Shown here: one piece after another, positions 45,622 through 54,217 of the stretch | Layout of the letters: every line of letters begins with the position of its first letter | Position numbering within the stretch: the stretch's first letter is position 1 | Origin: Candidatus Saccharimonadia bacterium | GTDB lineage: Bacteria > Patescibacteriota > Saccharimonadia > Saccharimonadales > 2-12-FULL-41-12 | DNA length: 64,000 nt | Direction of reading: 5' to 3' | Assembly (NCBI GenBank): GCA_963717365.1 | Contig: OY970327.1 | Location: 991,752 to 1,055,751, forward strand | Program-made: the position numbers and the translations under genes | The notes under the pieces: generated by a model | What the model was told of the DNA's origin: nothing | Database searches by the model: none | Seen by the model: the letters and a program-made list of their open reading frames with translations, nothing else

Positions 45622-45657
45622 GGCCTGTGACCCCTTAATTATGTTAATATTATACCT

Positions 45658-46314
45658 ATGGCAAGAGTCGCAGTAGCAGAGACACATCCAGATTTTGACT
45701 GGTCAGAAGAAGGTTTATCTATCTCTAGGAAAGTCGTGAGTGAAGACCTGGATGTTATTTTTGGCCGCCTAGCTCTTCTAAGTGCAGGCGCGGAAGGTAT
45801 TGTCTTACCGATCAACCCGCTTAGAGAAGTGTCGCCGGTGACTAATTTAGTTAAGACTAAAGAAATCCAGGCACATAACTCTCTTCTCCGGATTAACAAA
45901 CATAACATTGATATGATCCGCGCGGAGCTCGTTGAGGAATTACCAGCACTGAATATTCCCAGAACTGCCTTAATCAAGAATTTTGACATCCATAGAGAAA
46001 GTAAAACCGGAACGCACTACCTCGCGTTTATTTTTAGCGAAGATAGCGGTTTTGAACTGAGTGAGGAACGTGCCGACGTGTGGGATGTATTGCAAGATAT
46101 GCGAGTGAAGGGCAGAAAAACTTTAGATAGACGAGCGTATTGCCCCGATATCCGGGTTGCTCGGATCAGTCCCAATGTATCGGCCGTTGCGGTGGGTCAC
46201 ATCGGCAGTTTTATCGTCAAGAAGCTTAAAAAGCGGCCACTAGAAGTCACTCTTGCGTCAGTTCTTGAGTCTTCTCCATCATTAGCTTTGCAGTCTCAGC
46301 ACATTGCGGCCTAA
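45658..46314 (+). CDS. Hypothetical protein
   Basis: 218 aa, no family recognised. TAATAT at 45645-45650 lies 7 nt before the ATG. Confidence 0.5.
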   Translation: MARVAVAETHPDFDWSEEGLSISRKVVSEDLDVIFGRLALLSAGAEGIVLPINPLREVSPVTNLVKTKEIQAHNSLLRINKHNIDMIRAELVEELPALNIPRTALIKNFDIHRESKTGTHYLAFIFSEDSGFELSEERADVWDVLQDMRVKGRKTLDRRAYCPDIRVARISPNVSAVAVGHIGSFIVKKLKKRPLEVTLASVLESSPSLALQSQHIAA

Positions 46315-46402
46315 CTCTAGTTGCCAACCGTAGTATTACGGCGTATATTGTTAATTACATAAGCGTTATGCTTAGTAAAGTAAACAACATAAAGGAGACA
46401 AT

Positions 46403-46795
46403 ATGTTAACAAAAGCTGCATTAGCCTTTGGAGTCGTATTAACAATCATTGGTTTAGGTGGTTTTATACCAGCCCTCGCCCCTGAAAATAGCGCGGGTGT
46501 ACCGTTATTGCTTGGTATTTTTGCGGTTAGCGCACTGCATAATATTATTCACCTTGCTTCAGGCGTAGCAGCGCTTATAGCGAGTAAAAGTAATGAGTAT
46601 GCTCGTCTGTACTTCCAGGTATTTGGCGTGGTCTACGCGATAGTAACGGTGGTTGGATTTATTCAGGGAGACAAAGTTCTTGTTGATCAAATTCCAGTCA
46701 ACTTAGCCGACAATCTCTTGCACATTGCAATTGCTGGCGTTTCATTGACGCTTGGTTTTGGCCCTTACGGCAAAGCTACAACAAAAACTGTCTAA
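46403..46795 (+). CDS. DUF4383-like small membrane protein
   Basis: 130 aa with 4 TM helices. LLLGIFAVSALHNIIHLASGVAALIA pattern. AAAGGAGA SD. Confidence 0.6.
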   Translation: MLTKAALAFGVVLTIIGLGGFIPALAPENSAGVPLLLGIFAVSALHNIIHLASGVAALIASKSNEYARLYFQVFGVVYAIVTVVGFIQGDKVLVDQIPVNLADNLLHIAIAGVSLTLGFGPYGKATTKTV

Positions 46796-46814
46796 GTACA
46801 GTTCCGAAAATATT

Positions 46815-46842
46815 AAAAGAGACTCCACCGCGAGTCTCTTTT
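46815..46842. terminator. Bidirectional rho-independent terminator
   Basis: AAAAGAGACTC-caccgc-GAGTCTCTTTT, a perfect 11-bp stem that includes the A and T tracts. Confidence 0.75.
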
Positions 46843-46863
46843 AATATTTATAAAATGCCGGTT

Positions 46864-47019
46864 TTAATGAGAAGAAGTATTGGGGTGCCCGTGATGCTGG
46901 CTTTGCCCGTGGTGACCTTGGCCAGTAAGCGGTAAGTATACCCCGGAGTACAGCGTCATAATTGCTACGATGGCAAGCAAAGTATAAAAGGCGTAATCCT
47001 GCTTAGTTTTATGTTTCAT
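46864..47019 (-). CDS. Candidate 51-aa membrane peptide with His-rich tail (below ORF-track cutoff)
   Basis: Hand translation gives MKHKTKQDYAFYTLLAIVAIMTLYSGVYLPLTGQGHHGQSQHHGHPNTSSH*. It lies between the GNAT stop and the terminator. No clear SD. Confidence 0.3.
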   Translation of the reverse strand: MKHKTKQDYAFYTLLAIVAIMTLYSGVYLPLTGQGHHGQSQHHGHPNTSSH

Positions 47020-47070
47020 AGTCTATATTATAAACAAGTTTTAACGTAATAGGTATAAGTGCAGGAGTAT

Positions 47071-47613
47071 TTAGGCAGCCTGGTTTGCCGCGGAGTCGTG
47101 GTGTAGATATATTGAGTGACCCGCTTTTTGTCGTGACAAGGAAGATGACAATTCAAAGCCGAGGTTTTCAAACATATTACAGCTAGCCACATTTTTAGAA
47201 AGTACGTCGGCGACAATTGTCTCGTAGCCCAATGTTACGTGACCATATTTCATGATGGCGTTAATTGCTAAGCTGGCGTAACCATGACGTTGCAGCTTAG
47301 GAGCAATTTGGCAGCCAACTTCCGCTGCACGTTCGTCATTAAGGTTGTACGGCTTCAGGGTGACATAGCCGGCAAAGAGATGAGTTCGTGCTCGTCGCTC
47401 ATCCCAGATACCCATATTTAGCTGGTCTTCGTCTGTTCTGTCCCATTGTTTTTTCAGATTTTGAAGAGCAAAGTAATCCGGAGCACCCTTTTGACATGGC
47501 TGCAATGGGTGGCCAAAACCACGATTTATTAATAGCCAAGCATTATGTTCATGATCAGTAACGCTGCTTAAGATGATACCTCTTCGGCTGGTCGGAATTT
47601 GTATGGTGGCCAT
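47071..47613 (-). CDS. GNAT family N-acetyltransferase
   Basis: QRHGYASLAINAIMKYGH... and NVASCNMFENLGFEL, an acetyl-CoA-binding core pattern. Confidence 0.75.
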   Translation of the reverse strand: MATIQIPTSRRGIILSSVTDHEHNAWLLINRGFGHPLQPCQKGAPDYFALQNLKKQWDRTDEDQLNMGIWDERRARTHLFAGYVTLKPYNLNDERAAEVGCQIAPKLQRHGYASLAINAIMKYGHVTLGYETIVADVLSKNVASCNMFENLGFELSSSLSRQKAGHSIYLHHDSAANQAA

Positions 47614-47655
47614 TGAGTATATAGTACAATAAAAAACTTAATACGCAACCACTTC

Positions 47656-48156
47656 TTATATTGAATCGTCAGCTACTGGATGTTCTCGCAATATCTTTTT
47701 ATTACCTGTCTTGAGTTCAGCTAATAGATCGGATACATCAATATTTTGTTTCTTGGATATTCTCTCAAGAATACTAATAACAATGGCTATTTCGGCGCTT
47801 GATTGCAGATCGGTAATATAGTCTAATTCAGCCTGAATTTCTGATTGCTTAGATTGTCGATTTTGAGTTATTAGGACAAATACTGCTAATATAATAGCTT
47901 CAAGGGAGACGGCCATAGTGAGCAGGCCAAATGGGTAGGCGTCAAAAACTAATTTTTCGCCGAACTGCCCTGTATTAACTAATATCCAGCCGATAAAAAT
48001 AATACTATTTAGTACCAGGAATGGAGTTGATCCAGCCGCAGATGTGACTTTTGCCGATAGACTATCACCGAGTGCACTCAGTGTGTGAAGTAGTTCGTTT
48101 TGACGCAGCGCTTTAAAGTTTTCAGATACGTTGGTTATGTTGGTTTTGTCAGACAT
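47656..48156 (-). CDS. DUF1003 membrane protein
   Basis: GSTPFLVLNSIIFIGWILVN...YPFGLLTMAVSLEAIILAVFVLITQNRQ. Confidence 0.7.
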   Translation of the reverse strand: MSDKTNITNVSENFKALRQNELLHTLSALGDSLSAKVTSAAGSTPFLVLNSIIFIGWILVNTGQFGEKLVFDAYPFGLLTMAVSLEAIILAVFVLITQNRQSKQSEIQAELDYITDLQSSAEIAIVISILERISKKQNIDVSDLLAELKTGNKKILREHPVADDSI

Positions 48157-48187
48157 CGTAAGCTGATTATACCAGAAACAGTAATGG

Positions 48188-48847
48188 TTAACTTGTAGAG
48201 AATTTTTTTACTACACGCTCTTTTAGCATATTTTGCATAACATCAATTTCTGCCTGTTGACTGTCAACAATTGATTGGGCCAGCTGACGGACGGATTCAT
48301 CTTTTGCAAGACTTAACGCTGATTCGGCCATAGTAATGCCACCCTCATGATGTTTAATCATAAGTTCCAAATACAGTACCTCGGCATCGTTGTCTGACAG
48401 TTGTTGTAAACGGTCTATGTCTTCTCGACTGGCCATACCTGGCATTTTTCCAGTTGATGAATTGGGATGTTCCTCGGCATGTTCAGTGTTGTGTACGGCC
48501 CATTCCATAGCCGGACGTGAGCTGGTTTGCGGTAGCCCCCACTGATGTAGCCAGCCACTCATCATACCCATTTGCACTGACTGCGTGTTAATAATGTCAA
48601 AAGCAAACTGACGAATAGCTGTACTATCTGTTTTGTCGCGCACTATAAACGACAGGTCAACTGCCTGATTGTGGTGAACTGTCATATCCCGGGAAAAACC
48701 AGCATCTGCTGACGTGTCAGAAGGTATGTATTGTCTATTTGTAGAGAATAAAGTACCGGCTAGAAACGCGATTCCCATAAGTAACACACCACACAGAATA
48801 CCTGTCTGAATTTTGCTGAGCCCACCGAAAAATAATGCACGCTTCAT
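48188..48847 (-). CDS. DUF305 protein (four-helix, His-rich; metal-homeostasis associated)
   Basis: Duplicated motif DMTVHHNQAVDL and LMIKHHEGGITMAE; AQSIVDSQQAEIDVMQNML; N-terminal anchor. Confidence 0.75.
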   Translation of the reverse strand: MKRALFFGGLSKIQTGILCGVLLMGIAFLAGTLFSTNRQYIPSDTSADAGFSRDMTVHHNQAVDLSFIVRDKTDSTAIRQFAFDIINTQSVQMGMMSGWLHQWGLPQTSSRPAMEWAVHNTEHAEEHPNSSTGKMPGMASREDIDRLQQLSDNDAEVLYLELMIKHHEGGITMAESALSLAKDESVRQLAQSIVDSQQAEIDVMQNMLKERVVKKFSTS

Positions 48848-48865
48848 AAAATCAAAATGTAATTG

Positions 48866-49423
48866 CTACATGCCAATGTCTGGGGCGGTACAAGTTGCTC
48901 CTGGTTCGGGGACACCGCCGCTTTTACGGTATTTCACTAGGAATTGGTCAATCCGTGAGTCATCGGCTGAAGTTACCTCTAATTGAACTCCCCAGGCGCT
49001 GAGTGTAATAGGCGAAGGCTGATCTGGATATGGGCTCATAAATGTAGCCGCCGAGGTTTTGACTTTGCCGCTTAATTTTTCTATAGCGCTTGGGTCTACA
49101 TCGGACTTGTAGGTAATCCATACTCCGCCATGCTCAAGCGAATGGACAGCTTTCTCGTTTTGTAGGGGTTGAGTATAAACTTGTTGATCACATCCTGCCC
49201 AAATGGCATTATGTTGGCCACCAACTGGAGGGGTAGTAGGGTAGTTTACGGTTCCTTCTACATGGTCACGTTCTTTAATTTCATACTCTTTAACGCCTTC
49301 AATAGTTGTACTGCGCGGTGAAGGTGGTGCTTTAGCGCTTTTATAAATTATAAGCCCTCCAAATCCAGCTAGTAAAAGGGTTAGAAGAACGACAAACGGT
49401 AAGTTATTTCTGATAGTTTCCAT
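48866..49423 (-). CDS. DUF3105 protein
   Basis: N-terminal anchor; YPTTPPVGGQHNAIWAGC and HSLEHGGVWITY. Confidence 0.7.
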   Translation of the reverse strand: METIRNNLPFVVLLTLLLAGFGGLIIYKSAKAPPSPRSTTIEGVKEYEIKERDHVEGTVNYPTTPPVGGQHNAIWAGCDQQVYTQPLQNEKAVHSLEHGGVWITYKSDVDPSAIEKLSGKVKTSAATFMSPYPDQPSPITLSAWGVQLEVTSADDSRIDQFLVKYRKSGGVPEPGATCTAPDIGM

Positions 49424-49479
49424 GAACGATATTATACTACGGTCTTTAACTACTTGTCGTATTCTTAAAAATAAAAAAG

Positions 49480-49728
49480 TTAGCGGACTTTAAGCATCAA
49501 GCGTAAGTTGGAAAGGTAATGCTTAGGGTCAACTTGTGGGTGGCGGCGCAGGTAACTAACATGACTTTCTATAAAAGGCACGCTGCCATCTGGGTAAGCG
49601 GCTGTATCGATGCTATAGCCGGGAATTGTATGGTAAGAGCCGTCTTTGGTCAGTGCCTGAAGTTCTTCAATGATCTCAGCTTCCGGCATATAGCTTTTCA
49701 TTTTGGACTTTATGTAAGCGGATGGCAT
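49480..49728 (-). CDS. Hypothetical protein (82 aa)
   Basis: AAGGAG SD immediately upstream. Preceded by an 18-aa basic mini-ORF (49731..49787). Confidence 0.45.
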   Translation of the reverse strand: MPSAYIKSKMKSYMPEAEIIEELQALTKDGSYHTIPGYSIDTAAYPDGSVPFIESHVSYLRRHPQVDPKHYLSNLRLMLKVR

Positions 49729-49849
49729 AGTTACTCCTTAGCTTTCTTAGGCTTTTTAACTTCTTTGCGCCCTCTGTCTTTTGACATAAAATCTTCTTTC
49801 TTAGGTATTATTATACTCTAATTTACCCAGGAAAGCCAGGGTCAGTTTG

Positions 49850-50560
49850 TTAACGGTATTCTGGATTTTCAAAATCAAACCGACTACCGGCGTCCCACAG
49901 GCTGCGTTGGTTGCCATGAGCTGGGATCCCACCTTGTTGTTTAAGAATTTTAGCTATATGCATCAGGTTCCAAGTCATAAAGGTAGTATTACGGTTAGTA
50001 AAGTCGTTTTCAGGACCGCCAGAGCCTTTATCTAAGTAACTTGGACCCGGGCCCGCCTCGCCGATCCAGCCGGCATCAGCTTGCGGGGGGATGGTATAGC
50101 CAAGGTGCTGCAAACTATAGAGTACATTCATTGCACAGTGCTTAATACCATCCTCGTTGCCAGTAATAATACAGCCGCCAACTTTACCGTAAAAAGCATA
50201 CTGTCCTCTATGATTCAGGATACTAGAGCAGGCATAGAGTCGTTCGATAACCTTTTTCATTTGGGAACTGTTATCACCGAGCCAAATAGGTCCACAGAGC
50301 ACTAAAATATCGGCTTCCACCACCTTTTTATACAACTCAGGCCATTTATCGGTTTTCCAACCTTGTTCAGTCATATCTGGATAAACTCCAGTAGCAATAT
50401 CGTGATCAATGGCCCTGATAAGCTCGGTCTGTACGCCATGTTTTTCCATTATTTTCTTACTAACGCCGATTAATCCGTCTGTGTTGCTGACTTCGGGTGA
50501 TTTTTTAAGAGTATTATTAAAGAAAAGCGCTTTCAAATTATTAAAGTTATTGTCCTGCAT
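49850..50560 (-). CDS. Flavodoxin-like fold NAD(P)H-dependent FMN reductase family protein
   Basis: KALFFNNTLKKSPEVSNT...ADILVLCGPIWLGDNSSQMKKVIERL. Confidence 0.7.
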   Translation of the reverse strand: MQDNNFNNLKALFFNNTLKKSPEVSNTDGLIGVSKKIMEKHGVQTELIRAIDHDIATGVYPDMTEQGWKTDKWPELYKKVVEADILVLCGPIWLGDNSSQMKKVIERLYACSSILNHRGQYAFYGKVGGCIITGNEDGIKHCAMNVLYSLQHLGYTIPPQADAGWIGEAGPGPSYLDKGSGGPENDFTNRNTTFMTWNLMHIAKILKQQGGIPAHGNQRSLWDAGSRFDFENPEYR

Positions 50561-50626
50561 TGCTATCCTCCGTATATTTAAGTCCGTCCAGTCATCATAT
50601 CAAAAAGCCAGTGTATAATAAGGGGT

Positions 50627-51103
50627 ATGAACAAACGTACACTTATTATCATTGTCGTAATAGTAATCGCCATAGCGGGCGGAGTCATATATTTGCTTGC
50701 TCGCCCCGAACGCCAGGCGTCACTAGAAACCACAAGCGACAGTGCTGCACCGCTGGCTAGTAAATCTTCTGACTCGGCTACTGCCCAGTCTGGTAAAGGC
50801 GTCTATATTGACTATGAAGAAGATATTGTTGCTAAAACCGCTGGTACCAAACTGTTATTTTTCCACGCGCCGTGGTGTCCACAGTGCCGCGATCTGGAAA
50901 CTGATATAAAAAAACAAGGCGTCCCAGACGGAGTGGCAATTATTAAAGTTGATTATGATACGAATCAAGCTTTACGAAAAAAATATGGTGTCACGCTACA
51001 AACGACATTTGTAAAAGTTAATGACAACGGAGATTTAGAGAAAAAATTTGTAGCTTACGATGATCCTGTATTCCGTTCAGTTTCACAAAATCTCTTACAA
51101 TAA
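50627..51103 (+). CDS. Membrane-anchored thioredoxin-family protein
   Basis: N-terminal helix LIIIVVIVIAIAGGVIYLL and redox motif FHAPWCPQCR. TATAAT at 50614-50619 lies 7 nt before the ATG. Confidence 0.75.
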   Translation: MNKRTLIIIVVIVIAIAGGVIYLLARPERQASLETTSDSAAPLASKSSDSATAQSGKGVYIDYEEDIVAKTAGTKLLFFHAPWCPQCRDLETDIKKQGVPDGVAIIKVDYDTNQALRKKYGVTLQTTFVKVNDNGDLEKKFVAYDDPVFRSVSQNLLQ

Positions 51104-51843
51104 TGACGCTCTTAATTTTATCGTTTATTGCAGGTGTCCTAACGGTAGCGGCTCCATGTATTTTGCCGTTGTTGCCGGTCATTATCGGCGGCTCTCTTAT
51201 TGGAAACGAAAAAGAAAAACAGGATTCACAGGGCCTTAGGCCATTGATAATAGTAGGAAGCTTGGTTGTTTCGATAGTTATTTTCACCCTACTTATCAAG
51301 GCATCAACTGCTTTGCTGGGAGTACCACAAACTGTCTGGCAAGTTATTTCAGGCGGCATTGTGGTATTGCTTGGCTTGCATTTTGTATTTCTGGGTTTTT
51401 GGGAAAAACTTTCTGTTAAATCTGGTCTTTTTACAAACTCTAATTTATTACTAGGCAAAGCATATAAACAATCAGGGACATGGGGCGCAGTACTTATTGG
51501 CGCCGCCCTTGGACCAGTATTTAGTAGTTGCAGCCCAACATACGCGCTGATTGTTGCCACTGTCTTGCCGGCTTCGTTCGCATATGGATTTCTATATCTG
51601 ATGGCTTACGCCATTGGTATGGGTGCTACGCTTTTGCTGGTGGCATATTTTGGACAAGTAGTCCTGGCCCGATTACGTTGGTTAAGTAATCCAAACGGAT
51701 GGTTTAAGCGTATTGTTGGAGTTCTATTTATAATCGTTGGTTTTATGGTGATCATTGGACTAGATAAAAAATTGCAGGCGTATGTGTTAGAGCAAGGCTT
51801 ATATGATCCTGTTAGCAATCTAGAAAATCGTCTTAAACGGTAA
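51103..51843 (+). CDS. ccdA: CcdA/DsbD-type thiol:disulfide electron-transfer membrane protein
   Basis: Cys-containing helices AAPCILPLLPVIIG and FSSCSPTYALI. The start overlaps the thioredoxin stop (TAATG). Confidence 0.8.
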   Translation: MTLLILSFIAGVLTVAAPCILPLLPVIIGGSLIGNEKEKQDSQGLRPLIIVGSLVVSIVIFTLLIKASTALLGVPQTVWQVISGGIVVLLGLHFVFLGFWEKLSVKSGLFTNSNLLLGKAYKQSGTWGAVLIGAALGPVFSSCSPTYALIVATVLPASFAYGFLYLMAYAIGMGATLLLVAYFGQVVLARLRWLSNPNGWFKRIVGVLFIIVGFMVIIGLDKKLQAYVLEQGLYDPVSNLENRLKR

Positions 51844-51882
51844 TATCCAGGAAAGTTTTGATACTGGAGCTACCCTAAACTA

Positions 51883-53235
51883 TTAATTCGTAAGGTTTTC
51901 TATGTAATTTTTGTCGGCAATATTCTGACGGCATTGAAGTGGATGAATAGAACCGGGCGCAATAGCGTCATGAATTTTCTGCCGGGCATCCCAAGGACTA
52001 TCCCCCAGCGCAGATAGTCCAAGTGTTCGTGACGATCCAATGCTGCGGTAGTAGTTTTTGCTAATTTTCTCTGCTGCGGCAAAACGGGTACGGCAACCGT
52101 ACGTGCTGGCTACTTTAGGATCAAAATTAAAGGCATATGCCGGGCCTTCCCGGTAACCGTAATCCGGTGATACAAAATAGATCATTGCCGAAGCCATTTT
52201 TTGATAGCGCACACTATCCGCCGATAACTCCCCTTGGGCAATTCTCGTTAAAACGTCCGCAAAATCTACGCCGTCTTCAATTAGATCCATAATGTTTATA
52301 AGTTCCGGATCACCGCCACGGGCATTTATTTCTACAATTTTAAGGCCTTGCGGGGTTTTGAAGAAAGTCGGGTACAGAATACCTTTGTAATCCAATTCTC
52401 TTTCTTTTAGCTTGACTAGTATTTTGTCCATAAGGTCCACAGCCTCGTCATAATCAACTTCGTTTATAAAAGGGAGTTGCTCCCCAGCCGGCATTGTAAA
52501 AGCCCCCATGCCGCCGGTGCCAGGACCGGTATCACCATCTTCACGGTAGGGGTAGTCATAGGTAGCTGGTGGTTTCACCAAGGTTTTGCCGTCAGTAAAC
52601 AACTGCAGCGTAAATTCATGACCCTCAAGTTTTTCTTGGATTTCGATGCCCGATTGAACAGGGTTGTCCAACACTTGCAAGGCGTAGTTACGGGCTTCAT
52701 CAAAACTGTCAAAATGCTTTCCCATGACCTTAACGCCTTTACCTCCGGATAAATTTCGTGGCTTTAAAACGAGTTCTTTGTTATCTGCTTCAAAAGAATC
52801 GATAGCTTTATTAGCCGCTTCAGCTGTTTTTACCATAAAGTTAAGTGGATTATAGTCAGCGTTGATTTCATCTACTAATTCTCTGAGAAAAAATTTATCC
52901 CATTCTATCCTTGCCGCCGCTTTGTCAGGACAAGGAATTAGTAGGTCTGGCATTTGTTTTTCGTTTACACGTTGTTTGATTACATTTACTACACCAGCTG
53001 CCAGCGAGTCGTCAAAATTCGTAAAGAACATATCAGGCTCAACAGCCTGCACAATATCGGCGACCAAATTAACGTTTGTTATGCTGCCTACCGTATGGAA
53101 CTGGCCGCCACTAGCCGCCGCTTTTTCGGCTAAACCGGGATTTTGCCACTGACCAAGAATATGTAGGGTATGACCCTCAAGCCGTTCAGCAACAGCTTCG
53201 TCCCGACCCATGTGTCCGAGGAGTGCTACCTTCAG
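51883..53235 (-). CDS. purD: Phosphoribosylamine--glycine ligase (ATP-grasp); probable non-AUG (CTG) start
   Basis: DYPYREDGDTGPGTGGMGAFT, ELVLKPRNLSGGKGV and EINARGGDPE. The first ATG (53211) omits a conserved N-terminus. The upstream in-frame sequence LKVALLGHMGRDEA aligns with canonical MKVLVIGSGGREHA. Confidence 0.8.
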   Translation of the reverse strand: MKVALLGHMGRDEAVAERLEGHTLHILGQWQNPGLAEKAAASGGQFHTVGSITNVNLVADIVQAVEPDMFFTNFDDSLAAGVVNVIKQRVNEKQMPDLLIPCPDKAAARIEWDKFFLRELVDEINADYNPLNFMVKTAEAANKAIDSFEADNKELVLKPRNLSGGKGVKVMGKHFDSFDEARNYALQVLDNPVQSGIEIQEKLEGHEFTLQLFTDGKTLVKPPATYDYPYREDGDTGPGTGGMGAFTMPAGEQLPFINEVDYDEAVDLMDKILVKLKERELDYKGILYPTFFKTPQGLKIVEINARGGDPELINIMDLIEDGVDFADVLTRIAQGELSADSVRYQKMASAMIYFVSPDYGYREGPAYAFNFDPKVASTYGCRTRFAAAEKISKNYYRSIGSSRTLGLSALGDSPWDARQKIHDAIAPGSIHPLQCRQNIADKNYIENLTN

Positions 53236-53236
53236 C

Positions 53237-53656
53237 TTATACGCCGATCAGGCCAATAATCAAACCCATTAACATTATTGTGACGAATTCATTGCCAATA
53301 TTGATAGCAGTTAATTTAACTGGCCGGCCTTCAAACGCATCATGCGTGATAAAGCGGGCAGCAGTGAAACCGAGCCACATCCAGAAAGCTGTGGTCAAAG
53401 CATCTTGTAAGAAGCTGTTACCAAAGAATTGATTTGAAAGAAACGCGGTATGCGCCAATACGTATGCTGTAATCAGGCTAACTATCATGGTAGCAATGAT
53501 AGGTTTAGCCACGCTGCCGCGATCTTTAGACATATCTACTTTGGCTAGCTTAGCCCATACATTACCAAACACCGGTCGTGCATACCAAGTACTGCCGACT
53601 ACCATTGAGCTTGCCATAGCCAATAGTACGGCCAGAAAGTTTACATCTACATCCAT
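53237..53656 (-). CDS. DUF1761 membrane protein
   Basis: 139 aa. FLAVLLAMASSMVVGSTWYARPVFGNVWAKL pattern and 4 TM helices. Confidence 0.6.
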   Translation of the reverse strand: MDVDVNFLAVLLAMASSMVVGSTWYARPVFGNVWAKLAKVDMSKDRGSVAKPIIATMIVSLITAYVLAHTAFLSNQFFGNSFLQDALTTAFWMWLGFTAARFITHDAFEGRPVKLTAINIGNEFVTIMLMGLIIGLIGV

Positions 53657-53749
53657 AGTCTCGAAACTCCTTTATTGTTGCTTGAATTGTACTCCAAGCA
53701 ATTTATACAACACAAGGCTTTTATTGTTGCTATACTCGTCAATACAGTT

Positions 53750-54217
53750 ATGAAGTTCATATTTAAATTTTATTCTTGGCTTGGACGAGTAGCTTATATA
53801 ACACTTTTGCCGCTTATACGCATCTTTGTTAAGCGCTCGCATCGTGCCTACGTCATAGTAGTATGCGAAGGTGAAATATTATTGATTAAAAACTGGCTAG
53901 GAAGACAATACTGGGGACTACCTGGCGGGGGAATTCAAAAAAAAGAAGAACCAATTCAAGCAGTAGCCCGAGAAGTCAAAGAAGAGACAGGTTTGGATAT
54001 TAGAGAACCGCTAGAGTTAGTGGCGCAAGATCGGTGGAAAGCCGACAAGCTTGGTTACGAGTATTATATTTTTATAACTAGTTTGCTCAGTAAGGCTACG
54101 CTACATCCGCGTCAATATGAAATTATTGCTGCGGAATGGGTTCCGCTGAACCGACTTAAGAATTATCGAATATCACCGGATTTACGAAAAATAATTTCAG
54201 ATCATTTTGAGCTATAA
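53750..54217 (+). CDS. NUDIX hydrolase
   Basis: Nudix box GLPGGGIQKKEEPIQAVAREVKEETGL. ATG 53750 follows tgcTATACT (53728-53736). The track start 53675 is TTG. Confidence 0.75.
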   Translation: MKFIFKFYSWLGRVAYITLLPLIRIFVKRSHRAYVIVVCEGEILLIKNWLGRQYWGLPGGGIQKKEEPIQAVAREVKEETGLDIREPLELVAQDRWKADKLGYEYYIFITSLLSKATLHPRQYEIIAAEWVPLNRLKNYRISPDLRKIISDHFEL

